Shown piece after piece: positions 56,401-64,000 of a stretch of DNA of 64,000 nt. Where the stretch lies: NCBI GenBank assembly GCA_951406725.2, contig OX597829.1, forward strand, positions 58,528,001 through 58,592,000. The letters are read 5' to 3'. The translations under genes were made by a program, and so were the position numbers. This DNA comes from Octopus vulgaris. Taxonomy: Eukaryota. The number at the start of each line of letters is the position of its first letter. The stretch's first letter is position 1. The notes below the pieces were generated by a model, which was given only the letters and a program-made list of their open reading frames with translations, was not told the DNA's origin and ran no database searches.

Positions 56401-57985
56401 GTCGCTGGCAACGGCCACGTTCGGATGGTGCTTTTTGTGTGCCACCGGCACAGAAGCCCGGCGAGGCGGCGCTAGCATCGCCCACGTTCGGATGGTGCTT
56501 TTTATGTGCCACCGGCACAGATACCAATCGAGGCGGCGCTGGCATCGGAAGTCAGTCGTGGCAGAGCTGGCATCGGCCACGTTCTGATGGTGCTTTTTGT
56601 GTGCCACAGGTACAGAAGCCAGTCGAGGCGGCGATGGCAACGGTACAGAAGCCAGTCGAGGCGGCGCTGGCGACGACCACGTTCGGATGGTGCTGTTTAT
56701 GTGCCACCGGCACCATCCGAACGTGGCCGATGCCAGCTCCGCCTCGACTGGCTTCTGTGCCGGTGGCACAAAAAAGCACCATCAGAACGTGGCCGATGCC
56801 AGCGCCGCCTCGACTGGCTTCTGTGCCGGTGGAACACAAAAGCACCATCAGAACGTGGCCGATGCCAGCGCCGCCTCGACTGGCTTCTGTGCCGGTGGAA
56901 CACAAAAAGCACCATCAGAGCGTGGCCGATTCCAGCGCCACCTCGTCTGGCTTCTGTGCCGGTGGCACACAAAAAGCACCATCAGAACGTGGCCGATGCC
57001 AGCACCGTCTTGCCTGGCTTCTGTGCCGGTGGCACATAAAAAGCACCATCCGAACGTGGCCGATGCCAGCGCCGACTCGACTGGCTCCTGTGCCGATGGA
57101 ACATAAAAAGCACCATCCGAACGTGGCCGATGCAAGCGCCGCCTTGACTGGCGACGGCCACGTTCGGATGGTGCTGTTTATGTGCCACCGGCACAGAAGC
57201 CAGTCGAGGCGACGCTGGCATCAGCCACGTTCGAATGGTGCTTTTTATGTGCCACTGGCACAGAAGCCAGTCGAGGCGGCGGTGGCATCGGCCACATTGT
57301 GATGGTGCTTTTTGTGTGCCACCGGCACAGAAGCCAGTCAAGGCGGCGCTGGCATCGGCCACGTTCGGATGGTGCTTTTTATGTTCCATCGGCACAGGAG
57401 CCAGTCGAGTCGGCGCTGGCATCGGCCACGTTCGGATGGTGCTTTTTATGTTCCACCGGCACAGAAGCCAGTCGAGGCGGCGCTGGCATCGGTCACGTTC
57501 TGATGGTGCTTTTTATGTGCCACCGGCACAGAAGCCAGGCAAGACGGTGCTGGCATCGGCCACGTTCGGATGGTGCTTTTTATGTGCCACCAGCACAAAA
57601 GCCAGTCGAGGCGGTGCTGGTATCGGCCACGTTCGGATGGTGCTTTTTATGTGCCACCGGCACAGAAGCCAGTCGAAGCGGCGCTGGCAACGGAAGCCAG
57701 TCGTGGCAGAGCTGGCATCGGCCACGTTCTGATGGTGCTTTTTGTGTGCCACCGGCACAGATGCCAATCGAGGCGGCGCTGGCATCGGAAGCCAGTCGTG
57801 GCAGAGCTGGCATCGGCCACGTTCTGATGGTGCTTTTTGTGTGCCACCGGTACAGAAGCCAGTCGAGGCGGTGCTGGCAACGGCCACGTTCGGATGGTGC
57901 TTTTTACATGCCACTGGCACAGGTGCCAGGGGAGACTGGCATCGGCCACATTCGGATGGTGCTTTTTATGTGCCACCGGTACAGG
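53412..57985. repeat. 67-bp minisatellite, roughly 65-70 copies
   Basis: Unit gtgccaccggcacagaagccagtcgaggcggcgctggcatcggccacgttcggatggtgctttttat. Inverted block at 56710-57152. Confidence 0.95.
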
Positions 57986-58192
57986 TATCACAACTACTAT
58001 TTCCATTGATATTTATTTCGATGTTCATGTACTTGACTCAACAGGTCTCCTCAAGCACAGCGGGATGTTCTGGAGTCCAAAGTACTTTGAATGGGCAGGG
58101 GCCATGCGGAACCGGTGCAGGAAGCAACCCGGGTCTTTCCAGTCACAGCATATCTCCAGAGATCTCGGTCCTTCGCCATTGCCTCTGTGAGG
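57986..58192 (-). mobile_element. RTE-clade LINE 3' fragment (ORF C-terminus and start of 3' UTR)
   Basis: Minus strand from 58191 translates LTEAMAKDRDLWRYAVTGKTR, matching the DRxxWR terminal motif of RTE ORFs, then runs into the 67-bp array. Confidence 0.65.
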
Positions 58193-58195
58193 GAT

Positions 58196-58253
58196 TCTCT
58201 CTCTCTCTCTTTTCTCCCTATCTTCCTTTCTCTCTCTCTCTTTTCTCCCTATC

Positions 58254-58295
<42 letters not shown>

Positions 58296-58333
58296 CAGTA
58301 TATCTGCAGATTTAGCATTGTACAAATTCTCTC

Positions 58334-58364
<31 letters not shown>

Positions 58365-58423
58365 TTCCCTCTATCTCTCTATCTCTCTCTCTTTCTCTCT
58401 CTCTCTTTCTCTCTCTCTCTCTT

Positions 58424-58492
<69 letters not shown>

Positions 58493-58493
58493 T

Positions 58494-58527
<34 letters not shown>

Positions 58528-58604
58528 TTTTTCTCTCTCTGTCTTTTCTCTCCCTCTCTCTCTCTCTCCAGTTATTCAGCAGATTTAGCCTTGTACAAAT
58601 TCTC

Positions 58605-58635
<31 letters not shown>

Positions 58636-58809
58636 CTCTCTCTTTTCTCTCTCTCTCTTTTTCTTTCTCTTTCTCTCTTTCTCACTCCCTCTTTTCTCCC
58701 TCTCTCTCTTTCTCTCTCTCTTTTCTCTCTCTCTTTTCTCTCTCTCTCTCTCTTTTCTCTCTCTCTCTTTTTCTTTCTCTTTCTCTCTTTCTCACTCCCT
58801 CTTTTCTCC

Positions 58810-58877
<68 letters not shown>

Positions 58878-59120
58878 TTTCTCTCTCTCTCTTTTTCTTT
58901 CTCTTTCTCTCTTTCTCACTCCCTCTTTCTCCCTCTCTCTCTTTCTCTCTCTCTTTTTCTCTCTCTCTTTTCTATCTCTCTCTCTCTTTTCTCTCTCTCT
59001 CTTTTCTCTCTCTCTCTCTCTTTTCTCTCTCTCTCTTTTTCTTTCTCTTTCTCTCTTTCTCACTCCCTCTTTTCTCCCTCTCTCTCTTTCTCTCTCTCTT
59101 TTCTCTCTCTCTCTTTTTCT

Positions 59121-59151
<31 letters not shown>

Positions 59152-59362
59152 CCTCTCTCTCTCCAGTTATTCTGCAGATTTAGCCTTGTACAAATTCTTT
59201 CTCTCTCTCTCTTTCTCTGCCCCTCTCTTTCTATTTCTCTCTTTCTCTTTCTCTCTTTCTCTATCTCTCTCTCCAGTTACTCTGCATATTTTCCCTTATA
59301 CAAAATCTCTCCCTCTCTCTCTCTTTCTCTACCCCCCTCTCCCCCCTCTCCCCCTCTCTCTC
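58196..59362. repeat. CT-rich pyrimidine tract with four ~35-bp cores
   Basis: ctccagttattctgcagatttagccttgtacaaattc at ~58293, ~58567, ~59161 and ~59270. Confidence 0.9.
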
Positions 59363-59477
59363 CAAATTTGACGTGCTGTTAAATCGAACCACCAAAGTGA
59401 AAGTAAATCTTTAATGCCATCACAAACAGGCATGTGAATTCGAGAGTGTAAACAAACAATTTAGCCTATTTACTTTT

Positions 59478-61582
59478 TGTGATTATAGCACAATTAAATA
59501 CTTTATCGATCGAATCCGTACGGACTGTAAACATTGATTAGAAGCTATTAGGCGAATCAATTTATAGCAAAAATACCAGTTCTGGAAGCAGTTCTTCGCC
59601 ATTTCCTTGCAATCAGCGATGCAATTTTTAGGCAATAAAATATATTCGAAAAGAATTCTACGAACTATAGGTACAGGAGTGGCTGTGTGGTAAGTAGCTT
59701 GTTTACCAACCACATGGTTCCGGGTTCAGTCCCACTGCGTGGCATCTTGGGCAAGTGTCTTCTGCTATAGCCTCGGGCCGACCAATGCCTATATATGTAT
59801 AGGCGCAGGAGTGGCTGTGTGGTAAGTAGCTTGTTTACCAACCACATGGTTCCGGGTTCAGTCCCACTGCGTGGCATCTTGGGCAAGTGTCTTCTGCTAT
59901 AGCCTCGGGCCGACCAATGCCTATATATGTATAGGCGCAGGAGTGGCTGTGTGGTAAGTAGCTTGTTTACCAACCACATGGTTCCGGGTTCAGTCCCACT
60001 GCGTGGCACCTTGGGCAAGGCTCTTCTGCTATAGCCTCGGGCCGACCAATGCCTATATATATAGAGGCGCAGGAGTGGCTATGTGGTAAGTAGCTTGTTT
60101 ACCAACCACATGGTTCCAGGTTCTTTCTCACTACGTGGCACCTTGGGCAAGTGTCTTCTGCTATAGCCCCGGGCCGACCAAATCCTTGTGAGTGGATTTG
60201 GTAGATGGAAACTGAAAGAAGCCCGTCGTATATATATATATAGGAGTCGCTGTGTGGTAAGTAGCTTGTTTACCAACCACATGGTTCCGGGTTCAATCCC
60301 ACTGCATGGCACCTTGGGAAAGTTTCTTCTGCTATAGCCCCGGGGCGACCAAAGCCTTGTGAGTGGATTTGGTAGACGGAAACTGAAAGAAGCCCATCGT
60401 ATATATGTATATATATATATATATGTGATTATAGAACAATTAAATACTTTATCGATCGAACCCGTACGGACTGTAAACATTGATTAGAAGCTATTAGGCG
60501 AATCAATTTATAGCAAAAATACCAGTTCTGGAAGCAGTTCTTCGCCATTTCCTTGCAAGAGAGAGAGAAAAGAGAGAGAGAGAGAGAGAGAGAGAAAAGA
60601 GAGAGAGAGAGAGAAAAAGAGAAAGAGAGAGAGAGAGAGAAAGTGAGAAAGAGAGATAGAAAGAAAGAGAGAGAGAAAAAAGAGAAAAGGGGGAGAGAAA
60701 GAGAGGGAGAGAAGAGAGAGAGAAAGAGGGAGAGAGAGACAAAGAGAGAAAGAGGGAGAGGGAGAAATAGAGAGAGAGAGAAAGAGAGAAAAGAGAGTGA
60801 GAGAGAGAGAATGTGTACAAGGCTAAATCTGCAGAAAAACTGGAGAGAGAAAGAGAGAGAGATACAAGAGAGAGAGAGAGAGAAAAGAGAGAGAGAGAGA
60901 GAATAAAATATATTCGAAAAGAATTCTACGAACCAGGAGTGGCTGTGTGGTAAGTAGCTTGCTTACGAACCACATGGTTCCAGGTTCAGTCTAACTGCGT
61001 GGCACCTTGGGCATGTGTCTTCTACTATAGCCTCGACCCGACCAAAGCCTTGTGAGTGGATTTGGTAGACGGAAACTGAAAGAAGCCCATCGTATATATA
61101 TATATAGGTGCAGGAGTGGCTGTGTGGTAAGTAGCTTGTTTACCAACCACATGGTTCCGGGTTCAGTCTCACTGCGTGGCACCTTGGGCAAGTGTCTTCT
61201 GCTATAGCCTCGGGCCGACCAATGCCTTAAGAGTGGATTTGGTAGACGGAAACTGAAAGAAGCCCATCGTATATATGTATATATATATGTGATTATAGCA
61301 CAATTAAATATTTTATCGATCGAACCCGTACGGACTGTAAACATTGATTAGAAGCTATTAGGCGAATCAATTTATAGCGAAAATACCAGTTCTGGAAGCA
61401 GTTCTTCGCCATTTCCTTGCAATAAGCGATGCAATTGGTAAGTAGCTTGCTTACCAACCACATGGTTCCGGGTTCAGTCCCACTGCAGGACACCTCGGGC
61501 AGGTGTCTTCTGCTATAGCCTCGGACCGACCAGACCCTTGTGAGTGGATTTGGTAGACGGAAACTGTAAGAAACCCGTAGTA

Positions 61583-61642
<60 letters not shown>

Positions 61643-61798
61643 AGATTATAGCACAATTAAATATTTTATCGATCGAACCCGTACGGACTGTAAACATTGA
61701 TTAGAAGCTATTAGGCAAATCAATTTATAGCGAAAATACCAGTTCTGGCAGCAGATCTTCGCCATTTCCTTGCAATCAGCGATGCAATTTTTAGGCAA
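59478..61798 (+). repeat. Higher-order repeat: ~185-bp AT-rich segment (4 copies) alternating with SINE heads
   Basis: gattatagcacaattaaata...cgtacggactgtaaacattgattagaagc at ~59481, ~60427, ~61290 and ~61644. Confidence 0.85.
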
Positions 61799-62382
61799 CT
61801 AGCAGTATCGCCCGGCGTTGCTCGGCTTTGTAAGGGAAATAACTATGAAGCATTTTTAGAGAGTTATAGCCAAAAAATAGCAAAAAATGCATTAAAAATG
61901 GAGAAAAATGATGGTAGATTTTTTTTGTAAATCGTTGACTCATCGTAGACGCGCGCTAATACCCAGAAGGGCTCGATATGAAGTATCGCCCGGCGTTGCT
62001 CGGGTTTGTAAGGGAAATAACTATAAAGCATTTTTAGAGAGTTATAGCCAAAAAATAGCAAAAAAATGGAAAAAAATGGAAAAAAAATAGCAAAAAAATG
62101 GGAAAAAAATGATGGTAAATTTTCTTTTGAGAGTTAAAAAGGTCGAGTTGCGTCCACTAGACAGTCTGTAGTTTGTGTTTCTAATTCTCGAGCCCCATGT
62201 CGAATTTATCGATTTTTTTCAGAACTGGGGGAACCTTTCAAACTTTTCGCTGCGTTAGTTTTGAATTATGACATTGGGCTATGTGTGTGTCAAGTTTCAT
62301 GAGAATCGGTTGAAAACCGGGGTCAGGGTGAGGGTACAACCTGACAGACACACAGACAAACTGTCGTTTATATAGAGAGAGA
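61799..62382 (-). mobile_element. Single non-autonomous Helitron (584 bp) inserted in an AT dinucleotide
   Basis: Plus strand ttaggcaa|CTAG...tatagagagaGA|taaatatattcg. The empty paralogous site ttaggcaa|taaaatatattcg is at 59635/59636. No TSD. Confidence 0.88.
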
Positions 62383-62429
62383 TAAATATATTCGAAAAAA
62401 GACGGACAAAAAAGATACTCTTGCACTTT

Positions 62430-64000
62430 CACTCTTTTACTTGTTTCGGTCATTTGACTGCGGCCATGCTGGAGCACCGCCTTTAGACACTTGCCCAAGA
62501 TGCCACGCAGTGGGACTGAACCCGGAATCATGAGGTTGGTAAGCAAGCTACTTACCACACAGCCACTCCTATGGTTTTATATATATATATACATATATAC
62601 GACGGGATTCTTTCAGTTTCCGTCTACCAAATCCACTCACAAGGCTTTGGTCGGCCCGGGGTTATAGCAGAAGACACTTGCCCAAGGTGCCACGCAGTGG
62701 GACTGAATCCGGAACCATGTGGTTGGTAAGCAAGCTACTTACCACACAGCCACTCCTATGGTTTTATATATATATATACATATATACGACGGGATTCTTT
62801 CAGTTTCCGTCAACCAAATCCACTCACAAGGCTTTGGTCGGCCCGGGGTTATAGCAGAAGACACTTGCCCAAGGTGCCACGCAGTGGGACTGAACCCGGA
62901 ACCATGTGGTTGGTTAGAAAGCTACTTACCACACAGCCACTCCTAGCTTATGGAATCGTATTTTTTTTATTCCACTATATGCAAATCGACCCCGGGACTT
63001 ATTCTTTGTAAGCCCAGTACTTATTCTATCGGCCTCTTTTGCCGAACCGCTAAGTGACGGGGCCGTAAACACACCAGCATCGGTTGTCAGGCAATGCTAG
63101 GGGGACAAACACAGACACACAAACACACACACATATATATATATATATACATATATACGACAGGCTTCTTTCAGTTTCCATCTACCAAATCCACTCACAA
63201 GGCATTTGTCGGCCCGGGGCTATAGTAGAAGACACTTGCCCAAGATGCCACGCAGTGGGACTGAACCCGGAACCATGTGGTTGGTAGGCAAACTACTTAC
63301 CACACAGCCACTCCTGCACCTATGTGTGAAGAATTAAATGCAAAGTGGATGACCACAGGATTCGAACTCAGAATGAATAATGATAATTGAATAAAAAAAA
63401 ACGATTCCATGAGCTAGGAGTGGCTGTGTGGTAAGTCGCTTGCTTACCAACCACATGGTTTCGGGTTCAGTCCCACTGCGTGGCATCTTGGGCAAGTGTC
63501 TTCTGCTATAGCCCCGGGCCGACCAAATCCTTGTGAGTGGATTTGGTAGACGGAAACTGAAAGTGCCTATCGTATATATATGTATATATAGGTGCAGGAG
63601 TGGCTGTGTGGTAAGTCGCTTGCTTACCAACCACATGGTTCCGGGTTCGTTCCCACTGCGTGGCATCTTGGGCAATTGTCTTCTGCTACAGCCCCGGGCC
63701 GACCAATGCCTTGTGAGTGGATTTGGTAGACGGAAACTGAAAGAAGCCCGTCGTATATATTGTATATAGGTGCAGGAGTGGCTGTGTGGTAAGTAGTTTG
63801 CCTACCAACAACATGGTTCTGGGTTCAGTCCCACTGCGTGGCATCTTGGCCTAGTGTCTTCTGCTATAGCCCTGGGCCGACCAATGCCTTGTGAGTGGAT
63901 TCGGTAGACAGAAACTGAAAGAAGCCTGTCGTATATATGTATATATATAGACTTAGGATTGGCTGTGTGGTAAGTAGCTTGCTTACCAACCACATGGTTC
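62430..64000. mobile_element. SINE clusters: reverse (62430-63320) and forward heads (63416-64000)
   Basis: Similarity to the SINE consensus. Confidence 0.88.

Noticed and set aside
53412-57985. CRISPR-like array or repeat protein gene
   Set aside because: No unique spacers and no cas genes. The 67-bp unit is not a multiple of 3, so the ORFs merely cycle through frames.

Overview
Repeat-saturated animal DNA with no supportable host gene. The tRNA-derived SINE and the RTE/CR1 fragments resemble repeats known from octopus genomes, so a coleoid cephalopod is inferred but not verified. Almost all long ORFs in the track are artefacts of microsatellites or satellites. Supported content: (1) a complete 2355-bp hAT/Buster transposon (19251-21605) with an intact 589-aa transposase, TIRs and an 8-bp TSD, plus an empty and a deleted paralogous target site; (2) two sequence-unrelated families of type I hammerhead ribozyme repeats (15.9-17.0 kb and 33.2-33.7 kb), both with variant cores, Schistosoma-type tertiary motifs and an inverted copy starting 3-5 nt from the predicted cleavage site, one of them beside a Penelope-like GIY-YIG fragment; (3) head-to-tail non-autonomous Helitron arrays with CTAG|TC junctions; (4) tandem arrays of SINE heads, of a CR1-type LINE 3' end, and of a 67-bp unit from an RTE 3' UTR; (5) a SINE/LINE shared 3' tail with a compensatory stem-loop; (6) a 10-kb CpG-rich modular satellite with four strand switches. 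The best candidate for an undescribed system is the hammerhead-bearing, retrozyme-like or Penelope-associated repeat pair. All alignments and folds were done by eye.
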